A stretch of 64,000 nucleotides of DNA from Gemmatimonadales bacterium. Its GTDB lineage: Bacteria > Gemmatimonadota > Gemmatimonadetes > Gemmatimonadales > GWC2-71-9. The stretch lies in contig JBFGJG010000014.1 in NCBI GenBank assembly GCA_041577295.1, positions 17,317 to 81,316 on the forward strand, read 5' to 3'. Both the position numbers and the translations under genes were made by a program. Shown here in pieces: positions 47,672 through 58,890 of the stretch. Position 1 is the stretch's first letter; each line of letters starts with the position of its first letter. The notes beneath the pieces were generated by a model, which ran no database searches, had not been told where the DNA came from, and saw only the letters and a program-made list of their open reading frames with translations.

Positions 47672-48640
47672 ATGACGCTGCTTGCCGTTAACGGTGTAAC
47701 AAAAGAGTTTGCCGGCGTCCCTGCCGTGGCGGACGTCACCTTCACAATTGACCGCGGTGAAGTGGTGGGATTCCTAGGTCCGAATGGAGCTGGGAAGACC
47801 ACGACTATGCGGATGATTACCCAGTATTACGAGCCCGACCGCGGTGAGATCGCGTTTGACGGCGTGCCGCTGTCCCACGCGGCGCGGGATGCCAAGCGAC
47901 GCATAGGATACCTGCCGGAGAACAACCCACTGTACGCCGACATGTTGGTGGCGGACTACCTGGATTTCATTGCCCAGCTCCGCCAGCTCGACGGTCGCAC
48001 GCGAGCTGCGGCCGTCGACGACGCGGTCATGGGCACGGGGATCGGCGAAGTCTACTACCGCCCGATCGCCGAGCTTTCCAAGGGGTACCGGCAGCGCGTG
48101 GGGCTCGCACAGGCCATTCTGCACCGGCCGGACTTGCTGGTGCTGGATGAGCCCACGGAGGGTCTGGACCCCAACCAGCGCGTGGAGATTCGCCGCCTGA
48201 TCAGCGAATTGGGTCGGGATCGGACGGTGATCCTCTCCACGCACGTCCTGCCCGAGGTGCAGCATACGTGTTCGCGACTGCTGGTGATCCACAAGGGGCG
48301 CATCGCCGCCGACGGGGCGGTCGAAGCGCTAATGGCGCAGGCCGAGGGAACGGTGCAGGTACACGTTGAGGTGGCGGGCACCGGTGTGGACGAGGCGTTG
48401 CGCCGGTTATCAGGCGTACGGTCGGTGGAGCACACTCGGCAAGTCGATGCTGACCGCACCGCAGTGACCGTCACCGCCGACAGCACTGCCGATATTCGAC
48501 CGAGAATCTTTGAGCTCGCCGCGCGCAGTCAGTGGACGCTGTACGAGCTGCATCAGGTTTCGCGCAGCCTCGAGGACGTCTTCCGCGACCTCACGCAGGA
48601 GCAGGGGGACGATGTGTCGAGTCCAGAGGTGCCGGCATGA
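47672..48640 (+). CDS. ABC-2 type ATP-binding protein (GldA-like)
   Basis: GPNGAGKTT, IGYLPENNPLY, LSKGYRQRVGLAQA, LDEPTEGLDPNQ, SLEDVF. Confidence 0.92.
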   Translation: MTLLAVNGVTKEFAGVPAVADVTFTIDRGEVVGFLGPNGAGKTTTMRMITQYYEPDRGEIAFDGVPLSHAARDAKRRIGYLPENNPLYADMLVADYLDFIAQLRQLDGRTRAAAVDDAVMGTGIGEVYYRPIAELSKGYRQRVGLAQAILHRPDLLVLDEPTEGLDPNQRVEIRRLISELGRDRTVILSTHVLPEVQHTCSRLLVIHKGRIAADGAVEALMAQAEGTVQVHVEVAGTGVDEALRRLSGVRSVEHTRQVDADRTAVTVTADSTADIRPRIFELAARSQWTLYELHQVSRSLEDVFRDLTQEQGDDVSSPEVPA

Positions 48641-50874
48641 GCGCCATCTGGACGATTGCGCGACGGGAGCTCCGGGCGGTATTCGATCATCCAACGGGCT
48701 ACGTCCTGCTGGTCACTTTCCTGCTGTTCAACAACTTTCTCTTCTTCCGCCAGGCGTATTTGGTGGAGATCGCGTCGTTGCGTCCGATGCTCGATCTCCT
48801 CCCATGGATTTTCCTCTTTTTCGTCCCAGTCGTGACCATGCGTGCGCTCGCCGAGGACGCGCGGAGCGGGACGCTCGAGGTCGTGCTCGCCCAACCCATC
48901 ACGGAGCTCGAGCTGTTGTTGGGGAAGTATGTCGGGCAACTGATCTTCGTGTTGCTGGCACTGGCGCTCACCCTGCCCGTTCCCATCGCGTTGTCGTGGG
49001 GTGCGGACCTCCAGGTGGGCGTGATTGTGGCGCAGTACGTGGGCGCGGGACTGCTCGCGGCCGGATTCACGGCCATCGGGATCTGGACCTCGAGCGTGAC
49101 CCGCAATCAGATGACCGCCGCCATTCTGGGTGTCGCGGTGATCTTTCCGCTCATACTCGTTGGCCTGAATACGCTGATCGTGGGTTTGCCACCCGGGTTG
49201 GGCACGATCGCACGAAACCTCGGCGTGTTGTCGCATTTCGAGAACATTGCCCGTGGCGTCATCGATCTACGTGATGCCGTCTACTTCGTAACGCTGGCCG
49301 CCATCTTCCTGGCGCTGGCATACCTTGCCTTGATGGGCCGCCGGTTGGCACCCAGGGGGGCCACGCTTCAACGTCTCAGGATCGGAACCGCGTTGATCAC
49401 TGCCGTCTTTGTGGTGGTGAATCTGTTTGGCCGCCAGATCGGCGGTCGGCTCGACCTGACACCGGGCAAGTCGTACACGCTCTCAGACTACACCGAGAAT
49501 CTGCTCGGTGGTCTGGACGATCTGGTCACTTTCAAGTTTTTCGTGTCCAAGGAGCTGCCGCCCGAGATCTCGCTGGTGAAACGGGATATCGAGGACCTTC
49601 TGGGTGATTTCAGGGCCGCCGGACGCGGAAACGTGCGCGTGGTGATGCGTCATCCTGACGACGACGATGAAGCCGGGGAAGAGGCGCAGGCTCTCGGCAT
49701 TCCTCCCATGCAGTTCAATGTGATCCGAGAGGCGGAGCTGTCGGTACGGGATGGGTATTTGGGTCTCGCCGTCCAATACGCCGAGGGGACGGAGACCATT
49801 CCGTACATCCAGCGCACCGATGACCTCGAGTACCGGCTCGCGTCGTACGTGCGGTCGTTGACCACCGATGCACTTCCAACAGTTGGTTTGGTGGAAGAGT
49901 CCGAGCCGGAAGCCGGGGTATCCTACAGCACGCTGCGTAGGGCGTTAGGCGAGTTTTATGACGTCGAGACCATCTCGCTCGATACCGCGGAGCCGATCTC
50001 GACGGATCTCGCTGCGGTGGTGCTGGTGGATGCGCCGCCCATCGTCTCGGATTCGCAGGTGGCGCGGTTCGAACGATACCTCGACGCCGGCGGCGGCGTG
50101 CTCGTGGCTGCTGCCGGCATGGTGCGGCAGCCGCAGGGGTTCATGGCCATGGCGCGGCCCGTGGCTTGGAACCGCCTGCTCACGCGCTTTGGTGTTTCCA
50201 TTCGCGGAGACATGGTCTACGATCTCGCCGCGAACGAGCGCGTGCAGCTCCCAGCTTCCCAAGGACCGTTCCAGCTCATCGTCCCCTATCCCTTCTGGAT
50301 TCGCGCGCTGAGCACAGGTGAGGCCGTGGTGAACCGCGACATCGAGGCCGTATTGTTGCCGTGGGCGAGCAGTGTAGACACTGCGAGCGCGCTCCCCGGA
50401 TCCGTCACTCCGTTGCTCGTCACGAGCCGCGCGGCTGGGGTGGAGACGGGGAGAACGTTTGTCTCGCCACAGCGCGACTTCCCCGAGGATAGTCTGGGGA
50501 CACGGCTGGTTGCCGTTCTGGTCACCCCCGCCGTCAGCGACTCCGTCACGGATGGCGCCAACGGCCGGGCGGTGGTCATCGGGAACGCGCAGTTCGTGAG
50601 CGATGGATTCCTGCGGGGATCTGCGGCGCTCACCCTGATCCTGAACGCGGTGGACTGGCTGGCACAGGATGAGGGGTTGATCGCGATCAGGTCGAAGAAC
50701 CGGAATCCTCCTCCGTTGGTGTTCGAGAAGGAGGTCACGCGCGATCTCGCGATGTGGGGGAACGTCATTGGTGTTCCATTTCTTTTGGCCGTGCTTGCGG
50801 TGATCGTTCTGTTGCGACGGCAGCGTCGAGCGACCCGTACCTATCAACCACAGTCTTCCCGAGCCAGCGCATGA
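48637..50874 (+). CDS. Fused GldF-like ABC-2 permease and GldG-like auxiliary domain
   Basis: ATG 48637; IARRELR, PVVTMRALAEDARSGTLE, HFENIARGVIDLRD; then RLDLT..KSYTLS, LEYRLAS, VVIGNAQF, NAVDWL...LIAIRSK. Confidence 0.85.
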   Translation: MSAIWTIARRELRAVFDHPTGYVLLVTFLLFNNFLFFRQAYLVEIASLRPMLDLLPWIFLFFVPVVTMRALAEDARSGTLEVVLAQPITELELLLGKYVGQLIFVLLALALTLPVPIALSWGADLQVGVIVAQYVGAGLLAAGFTAIGIWTSSVTRNQMTAAILGVAVIFPLILVGLNTLIVGLPPGLGTIARNLGVLSHFENIARGVIDLRDAVYFVTLAAIFLALAYLALMGRRLAPRGATLQRLRIGTALITAVFVVVNLFGRQIGGRLDLTPGKSYTLSDYTENLLGGLDDLVTFKFFVSKELPPEISLVKRDIEDLLGDFRAAGRGNVRVVMRHPDDDDEAGEEAQALGIPPMQFNVIREAELSVRDGYLGLAVQYAEGTETIPYIQRTDDLEYRLASYVRSLTTDALPTVGLVEESEPEAGVSYSTLRRALGEFYDVETISLDTAEPISTDLAAVVLVDAPPIVSDSQVARFERYLDAGGGVLVAAAGMVRQPQGFMAMARPVAWNRLLTRFGVSIRGDMVYDLAANERVQLPASQGPFQLIVPYPFWIRALSTGEAVVNRDIEAVLLPWASSVDTASALPGSVTPLLVTSRAAGVETGRTFVSPQRDFPEDSLGTRLVAVLVTPAVSDSVTDGANGRAVVIGNAQFVSDGFLRGSAALTLILNAVDWLAQDEGLIAIRSKNRNPPPLVFEKEVTRDLAMWGNVIGVPFLLAVLAVIVLLRRQRRATRTYQPQSSRASA

Positions 50875-51815
50875 GTCCCAAACAGCTACTGCACATCGCG
50901 ATCGCGCTCGTGGTGGTGGTGTTTCTATGGGGGTTGGTCGAGATCATCGGCCGTGGGACCGACGTAGTCGATGAACGACCACTGCTCGTTCCCGTCACCG
51001 CCGGTGAAGTGGATTCGGTGCTCATCGAGGGTCCCGACGACACGATCGTGGTCGCGCGGGCAGTTCCTGCAGATGCCGATGATTTTGCCGAACGGTGGTT
51101 GGTGAATGGGCACGAGGCGTCCACCAGTATGGTAAACGAGCTGTTCGATGCGTTGGGTGATTCGACGAAGGCCGAGTTGGTTGCCCAGAATCCCGCGTCG
51201 CACGCGCGAATGGGTGTAGACAGTGCCGGCGGGACACACGTTCGCATTGTCGGTGGGGACCGCACGCTGCTCCACTTGGTGACGGGCGAGCGTGGACGGC
51301 CGTTTCGGAGCCGTTACGTGCGTCTGGCTGGCGATGACGCGGTGTACCTACTCCAGGGACCGCTGGTGCCGGCGCTGGACCGGCGGGAGAACGATTGGCG
51401 CGAGAAGCGCATCGCCCAGATCGATCCCGATCGCATTGCCCGCGTCACGGTGGCGAGCCCGCGGTCGTCCTACACGGTCGAGCGCCGTGATAGCGTGACG
51501 TGGCAGTTCGTGGGAGGCTCACCGGTCGATTCCGCCACGATGGCCAGGCTCCTCGAGGGGTATCGTACGTTGACGGCGCAAGGGGCGGCGTTCGCCAACC
51601 CAACTCAAGTCGACTCAGCGGATTTCACCAGGCCAGACCGGCGGGTGACGCTCGTCGACGCCGCGGGTGACACGCTGCTTGCCCTCGCGTTCGACTCGAC
51701 CGAGTCCGGCTACTGGGTTCGCCGCGCGCCGGGCGGAACGGTGTTCGAGCTCTTTCGCTGGAAGGGCGAGGAGATTGCGCCCTCGGATAGTGCGCTCAGT
51801 GCGCCTCGGCCTTGA
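50871..51815 (+). CDS. DUF4340-like membrane-anchored protein
   Basis: N-terminal TM; repeated units with W.V, YVRL.GDDAVYL, DWREKRI; position after GldG-like gene. Confidence 0.75.
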   Translation: MSPKQLLHIAIALVVVVFLWGLVEIIGRGTDVVDERPLLVPVTAGEVDSVLIEGPDDTIVVARAVPADADDFAERWLVNGHEASTSMVNELFDALGDSTKAELVAQNPASHARMGVDSAGGTHVRIVGGDRTLLHLVTGERGRPFRSRYVRLAGDDAVYLLQGPLVPALDRRENDWREKRIAQIDPDRIARVTVASPRSSYTVERRDSVTWQFVGGSPVDSATMARLLEGYRTLTAQGAAFANPTQVDSADFTRPDRRVTLVDAAGDTLLALAFDSTESGYWVRRAPGGTVFELFRWKGEEIAPSDSALSAPRP

Positions 51816-52092
51816 CCACCTTCACACCCACGATGCCGAACGCAAGACGGGCAAGTAGCGGCAATGCGAGCACACAGATCACCGTCGGGAGCACGATGCG
51901 ACCGAGCATCCCGCCAAAGCCTCCGAGCACTGCCCGCAGGACTCCCCACAAGACGAGGTAGAACACCAGCAGATCGATCAGGCCGATAACCTGGCGAACG
52001 CCGCCACCCCCCCTCACATCGACGGACATCCCACCCAGGTACAGCGACGTCACCATCCAGAACACGCAGACTGTTGCGAGCCACTCGAGCAT
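51796..52092 (-). CDS. Small three-helix membrane protein
   Basis: GGAGG RBS before ATG 52092 (MLEWLATVCVFW...); three hydrophobic segments. Confidence 0.7.
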   Translation of the reverse strand: MLEWLATVCVFWMVTSLYLGGMSVDVRGGGGVRQVIGLIDLLVFYLVLWGVLRAVLGGFGGMLGRIVLPTVICVLALPLLARLAFGIVGVKVVKAEAH

Positions 52093-52106
52093 TCGCCTTC
52101 CTCCAG

Positions 52107-52676
52107 TTACGTCGTTCGTGATCTGTGCGATCGATGCGTGGCGAGCGCCACCACCAGGGCGAGAATAGATATCCCGAGCGCCGTTCCCGCAATAGCCGTG
52201 ACCCCACGGACCGAGAGTTGCGTGCGACCCACCACCGACACGCGAAGTCGCTGCTCTTCGAAGCGCGACCCGTCCGCTCGCGTCACGATGACGGGAAAAA
52301 CTAGACTCCGTTGACGCGCATCGCCGATGACCCGTCCGAGGAACGCAAACTCGCGGTAGGCTCCTGAAGCCACCACGCCGTCCGTCCAGCGCACCAGCTG
52401 CGCGGTCGTTTCGGTCCCCGGCACCGTCTGAGCGGACCACCCCACGGGTGTTTCCACTCCGAGTATGGTGATGGCGTCCGGAACAGCCACTTCTACGGTC
52501 ACCACCGCGGTGTCCGCATGGTTGACGACCTGTACGGCGAATCGCTCCCACGCCGCTGGGGTTGTGCTACGCGGGTGGATCGTCACCTGTGCTTCCACGG
52601 CGGACGCGTGGAGCGCCCAGGAGACGGTGATGACGATAAGCACCACAAACCGCGCCAATAGCCTCGATTCACTCAT
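52107..52676 (-). CDS. YcnI/DUF1775-like exported membrane-anchored protein
   Basis: Signal peptide, VTIHP, ERFAVQV, PVGWS, VRWTDG, YREFAF, LVFPV..T.ADG, C-terminal TM. Confidence 0.68.
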   Translation of the reverse strand: MSESRLLARFVVLIVITVSWALHASAVEAQVTIHPRSTTPAAWERFAVQVVNHADTAVVTVEVAVPDAITILGVETPVGWSAQTVPGTETTAQLVRWTDGVVASGAYREFAFLGRVIGDARQRSLVFPVIVTRADGSRFEEQRLRVSVVGRTQLSVRGVTAIAGTALGISILALVVALATHRSHRSRTT

Positions 52677-53382
52677 CACGGTCCACCAATTTACGCGCTT
52701 TGCGGAACACCGCATGCCACATCGGTCGGGTCAGTCGTCCGGTGTTGGTGTTCTGGCGGCTCGGGTGGTACGAGCAGAGGAGGGTCTTGCCATCGGGCAG
52801 CACGCTGGCAGCCCCGTGAGCGAAGCGCGGCCGCGTTTGGGGTGTCATGCGCCCCCACCAGCCGGCGGCCTCGAGCCACTGGCGGTGGGCGATGTGGCCT
52901 AGCACCAACACGACGCGAATCGTCCGCAGCAGCGACATCTCCCATTCGAGATATGTCCGGCAGGTCGTCAGTTCCTCGCGAGTGGGGCGGTTGCCGGGCG
53001 GCGCGCAGCGCGCGGATGCAGTGATGAAGCAGTCTACCAGCTCGAGGCCGTCGTTCAGCGCCTCCGAGGTCGGCTGATTGGCAAACGCAAAGCGGTGAAG
53101 GGCCTCGTACAGCCAGTTGCCGCTCGAGTCGCCGGTGAACATCCTCCCCGTTCGGTTGGCACCATGTGCCGCGGGGGCCAGGCCTACGATGAGCAGCCGC
53201 GCCTCCGCGTCCCCGAATCCTGGGACGGGCTTTCCCCAGTATGACTCCTCTTGGTATGCACGCTTTTTCGCGCTCGCGACAGTAGTGCACCACTCCCGGA
53301 GGCGGGGACACTGGTTGCAGCTGACGATCTCTCGCTCGAGATGCGCGAGATCAGTTTCCGCCGGCTTTGGCAAGTTCCTCAT
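52669..53382 (-). CDS. udgB: Uracil-DNA glycosylase family 5 (UdgB-type, Fe-S)
   Basis: CNQCPRL, GLAPAAHGANRTGRMFTGD, RCAPPGNRP, YHPSRQNTNTG; start at ATG 53382. Confidence 0.9.
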   Translation of the reverse strand: MRNLPKPAETDLAHLEREIVSCNQCPRLREWCTTVASAKKRAYQEESYWGKPVPGFGDAEARLLIVGLAPAAHGANRTGRMFTGDSSGNWLYEALHRFAFANQPTSEALNDGLELVDCFITASARCAPPGNRPTREELTTCRTYLEWEMSLLRTIRVVLVLGHIAHRQWLEAAGWWGRMTPQTRPRFAHGAASVLPDGKTLLCSYHPSRQNTNTGRLTRPMWHAVFRKARKLVDRDE

Positions 53383-55045
53383 CGCGGAGCGCACGTCGAA
53401 GAATCTTGAGGACGGTGCTCTTGGGCAACTCCGCGCGAAACTCGACCGATCTGGGGATTTTGTAGGCCGCGAGGTTCTCACGGCAGTACGCGAGAACGTC
53501 GGCTTCGCTCAGCTGGTGGTCCGGTGTGGTGACGACGAACGACTTGACGGTCTCACCGCGCTTCTCGTCCGGAACACCAATCGTCGCTGCTTCGAGGATC
53601 TGAGGATGTGCCATGAGCACGCGATCGATCTCGTCGGGGTAGACGTTGTATCCGCTACACAGGATCATGTCTTTCTTGCGACCAACGATGAAGCAGAACC
53701 CATCGTCATCCATGACGGCGAGATCGCCGGTGTAGAGCCATCCGTTTCGCAGGGTCTTGGCGGTCTCCTCGGGGTTGTTCCAGTACTCCCGCATCACCTG
53801 AGGACCGCGGATAAGCAACTCTCCCTCCTTGCCGGTTGGCATCTCGGTGGTGCCATCCTGCACGTCCACGATACGCGCATCAGTGCTGGGGAGGGGCACA
53901 CCGATGCTGCCCACCTTGCGGGTACCCATGACGGGATTGGAGTGCGTGACGGGCGAGGTTTCGGTGAGGCCAAACCCCTCCGTGATCTTGCCCCCGGTCA
54001 GCTCCTCGAATCGGTGCAGCACTTCGATCGGCAGCGGTGCCGAGCCGGAGTTGCAGACCTTTACGCTGCTCAGATCGAGCCGCTCGATTCCCGGGTACTG
54101 ATTGATTGCGTTGAACATGGCGGGGACTGCAGGAGCGAGCGTTGCCCGGTACTTGACGATGCTCTTCACCAGCATCGCGATGTCCCGCGGATTGGGCAAC
54201 AGGACCAACGCCGCTCCCACCGCGATTCCCAGATTCATCGCGACGGTGAGGCCATAGGAATGAAACAGCGGGAGAGCCGTGAGCATCACCTCTCGGCCCG
54301 GTTGTATCTCGGGGGGCATCCAGGCCATGATCTGCTGGACGTTGTACGAGAGGTTGCCGTGGGTGAGGACGGCACCTTTGGAGATCCCGGTGGTTCCACC
54401 GGTGTAGAGCAGGGTCGCAATCTCACCAACTTTAGAGGGGGCCTGCGGTGGTTTTGGATCCGTCGCGAGAATCAACTTGCGGAACGAGTGGATTCCCGGT
54501 CCCGATGGCACGGTGGCGACCAGTGGTGGCGTGGCACGCCGGAGCTTGAGCGACGCGAGGATGTTTACGGGAAATCGGAGATACTCCGGGATCGATGCAA
54601 TGACGTACTGCTCGATCGGGAGCCGGTCCCGGATGGGCGCGATGCGGCTCGCGAAGATGAAGTCTGACACGAGCGCCACGCGACAGCCCGCGTCCGTCCA
54701 CTGATGCTCGATCTCCCGTCCGGTATATAAGGGATTGGTCGGAACGGCTACCGCACCGAGCGCAAGCGTGGCGTAGTAGCCGATCACCATCTGCGGCGTA
54801 TTGGGAATCTGAATGGCGACCCGGGTTCCACGCTCGACCCCCAACCGCGCCAGTGCGGTCGCCAGCCGATCGACGTGGTCCTTGAACTCCCGGTACTTGA
54901 GCGTCGCCCCGCCGAAGATCAGGGCGGCCCGATCCGGATACCGCTGGGCGGATTCTTCCAGATATCCCGTGAGCGGAAGGTCGCGGAACGGGAGTTCGGC
55001 GGGAACGCCGTCATCGTAATGTCGATGCCAAGCGCGTGTTTCCAT
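53351..55045 (-). CDS. Long-chain fatty acid-CoA ligase (FadD/LcfA-like)
   Basis: LYTGGTTGISKG, EGFGLTE, LYTGDLA, GRKKDMI, LPKSTVLKILRR; start at ATG 55045. Confidence 0.94.
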   Translation of the reverse strand: METRAWHRHYDDGVPAELPFRDLPLTGYLEESAQRYPDRAALIFGGATLKYREFKDHVDRLATALARLGVERGTRVAIQIPNTPQMVIGYYATLALGAVAVPTNPLYTGREIEHQWTDAGCRVALVSDFIFASRIAPIRDRLPIEQYVIASIPEYLRFPVNILASLKLRRATPPLVATVPSGPGIHSFRKLILATDPKPPQAPSKVGEIATLLYTGGTTGISKGAVLTHGNLSYNVQQIMAWMPPEIQPGREVMLTALPLFHSYGLTVAMNLGIAVGAALVLLPNPRDIAMLVKSIVKYRATLAPAVPAMFNAINQYPGIERLDLSSVKVCNSGSAPLPIEVLHRFEELTGGKITEGFGLTETSPVTHSNPVMGTRKVGSIGVPLPSTDARIVDVQDGTTEMPTGKEGELLIRGPQVMREYWNNPEETAKTLRNGWLYTGDLAVMDDDGFCFIVGRKKDMILCSGYNVYPDEIDRVLMAHPQILEAATIGVPDEKRGETVKSFVVTTPDHQLSEADVLAYCRENLAAYKIPRSVEFRAELPKSTVLKILRRALRDEELAKAGGN

Positions 55046-55114
55046 AAACGGCAGTAAGGAGTAAGGAAACCCGTCCACTCCCCACAACTCCGGCGGTGGT
55101 GAGTGGTGGGGCGG

Positions 55115-57139
<2,025 letters not shown>

Positions 57140-57354
57140 TGGATCTCTGGCATCGTAACTTATTGCTATTACTAGCATTACGCGATGGCGATTGCTCGCC
57201 GATGGGTGTTCATTCCCGCTGCGGTTGGGACCGGTCTCCACGTCCTGATTCCAATCATTAACTGCTCGGCAACCTCCCCACCGCTCGAAGCCCCGTGTAT
57301 CATGTGCCAGATCGCTTTCAGTCCACACCAATCGTTCTTCTCTGGAGCGTTCGC

Positions 57355-58812
57355 ATGTCTGTTATCCGTGCAGCCATCCTCTCGTCTTTCGTGACCCTGC
57401 TCGCGGTCCCGGCCGCGGCTCAGAACCTCTCGCGTGAAAAGCGCACCGCCCTCGCGGCAGTCGACGAACTGTCGGGCGAGGTTGCCCGCATGTCGAAAGA
57501 GCTGTGGAATTTTTCCGAGACGGCACTGCGCGAGGACCGCTCGGCCGAGTTCTTGGCCACGATTCTGGAGCGTGACGGGTTCACGCTGGAGCGCGGTGTT
57601 TCGGCGATGCCCACGGCGTTCGTCGCAACGTGGGGGAGCGGCGCGCCCGTAATCGGCATCCTCGCCGAGTACGACGCGTTGCCCGGTATTGGCAACGCTG
57701 CGGTGCCGTTCAAAAAGGTGCGTGATGATGGGGTGACGGGCGGGCAGGGGTGCGGACACAATCTGTTCGGTGCTGCCTCCGTGGCGGGGGCAATGGCGCT
57801 CAAGCGGGTCATGGAGCGTCACCGTTTATCGGGGACCGTTCGGCTGTACGGCACCCCGGCCGAGGAGACGGTGGTGGGCAAGGTGTACATGGCGAAGGAC
57901 GGGCTGTTTGACGATCTGGATGCGGCCATCGTGTGGCACCCCGGTCTCGAGACGGAGACCGACAATGAGCCGAGTCGCGCCATGAACAACTTCACAGTGG
58001 AGTTCTTTGGGCAGGCCGCTCACTCCTCGGCCGATCCATGGAATGGCCGAAGCGCGCTCGATGCGGTGGAGCTCATGAATCACGGCGTCAACATGATGCG
58101 CGAGCACGTGAAACCCACCGCGCGGATTCACTACGTCATGCCCAGCGCTGGGGAGGCACCCAACGTGGTGCCGGAGTATGCTAAGGTGTGGTACTACGTG
58201 CGTGACGTCGATCGTGAGTCGGTCGATCGCTACTACGATTGGATTCTCAAGATCGCCGAGGGGGCGGCGCTGGCCACCAGGACCGAGCACAAGGTGTTTC
58301 TGATCACGGGTGTGCATGCGACGTTGCTCATCCGCCCGCTCCAGGAAGCGGTGCAGCGCAACCTCGAGTTGGTGGGCGTGCCGAAGTTCAACGAACAGGA
58401 TCAGACATTCGCGCGCGAGCTCCAAAGGGCGCTCGGACTCGAGGAGAAGGGGCTGAGTACCGAGATCAAACCGCTCGCGAGCGAAGAGCAGCCGGTGAGT
58501 GGCGGCTCGACCGACGTCGCCGAAGTAAGCCGGATCACGCCGACGGTACAGTTCAGCGTGGCCACCGCGGCGCAAGACATTCCGTGGCACAGTTGGGCGA
58601 CGGCGGCGTCCCACGGGACCGACGGCGCGATCAAGGGTGCGGATGTGGCCGCGCGGGTGATTGCGCTCACCGGTGTCGATCTGCTCACCGACCGCAATCT
58701 GCTACGGCGGGCCAAGGAGGTGTTCGCGGAGAAGACTGGTGGCAAGCCGTATCAACCACCCATTCCGCGGGATCAAAAGCCACCGCTCCCGGTTGCCACG
58801 GGAGGGCGGTAG
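57355..58812 (+). CDS. Secreted M20-family amidohydrolase (AbgB-like)
   Basis: Signal peptide from ATG 57355; AEYDALPG, GCGHNLFG, GTPAEE, WHP, GRSALDAVE, GGSTDV. Confidence 0.9.
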   Translation: MSVIRAAILSSFVTLLAVPAAAQNLSREKRTALAAVDELSGEVARMSKELWNFSETALREDRSAEFLATILERDGFTLERGVSAMPTAFVATWGSGAPVIGILAEYDALPGIGNAAVPFKKVRDDGVTGGQGCGHNLFGAASVAGAMALKRVMERHRLSGTVRLYGTPAEETVVGKVYMAKDGLFDDLDAAIVWHPGLETETDNEPSRAMNNFTVEFFGQAAHSSADPWNGRSALDAVELMNHGVNMMREHVKPTARIHYVMPSAGEAPNVVPEYAKVWYYVRDVDRESVDRYYDWILKIAEGAALATRTEHKVFLITGVHATLLIRPLQEAVQRNLELVGVPKFNEQDQTFARELQRALGLEEKGLSTEIKPLASEEQPVSGGSTDVAEVSRITPTVQFSVATAAQDIPWHSWATAASHGTDGAIKGADVAARVIALTGVDLLTDRNLLRRAKEVFAEKTGGKPYQPPIPRDQKPPLPVATGGR

Positions 58813-58827
58813 GACGGCAGTCGAGAC

Positions 58828-58862
58828 AAAAAAAACGCGGGGCGGCTCATCGAGCCGCCCCG
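58828..58862 (-). terminator. Intrinsic terminator between convergent genes
   Basis: 11-bp stem CGGGGCGGCTC/GAGCCGCCCCG with an A8 tract on the + strand (U8 on the minus transcript). Confidence 0.8.
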
Positions 58863-58890
58863 ATCGGGTTTCAGTGACCGAGAACTTGGA

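Noticed and set aside
53117..54667. 516-aa + strand ORF
   Set aside because: Antisense shadow of the fadD and udgB genes; no motifs; expected in GC-rich DNA.
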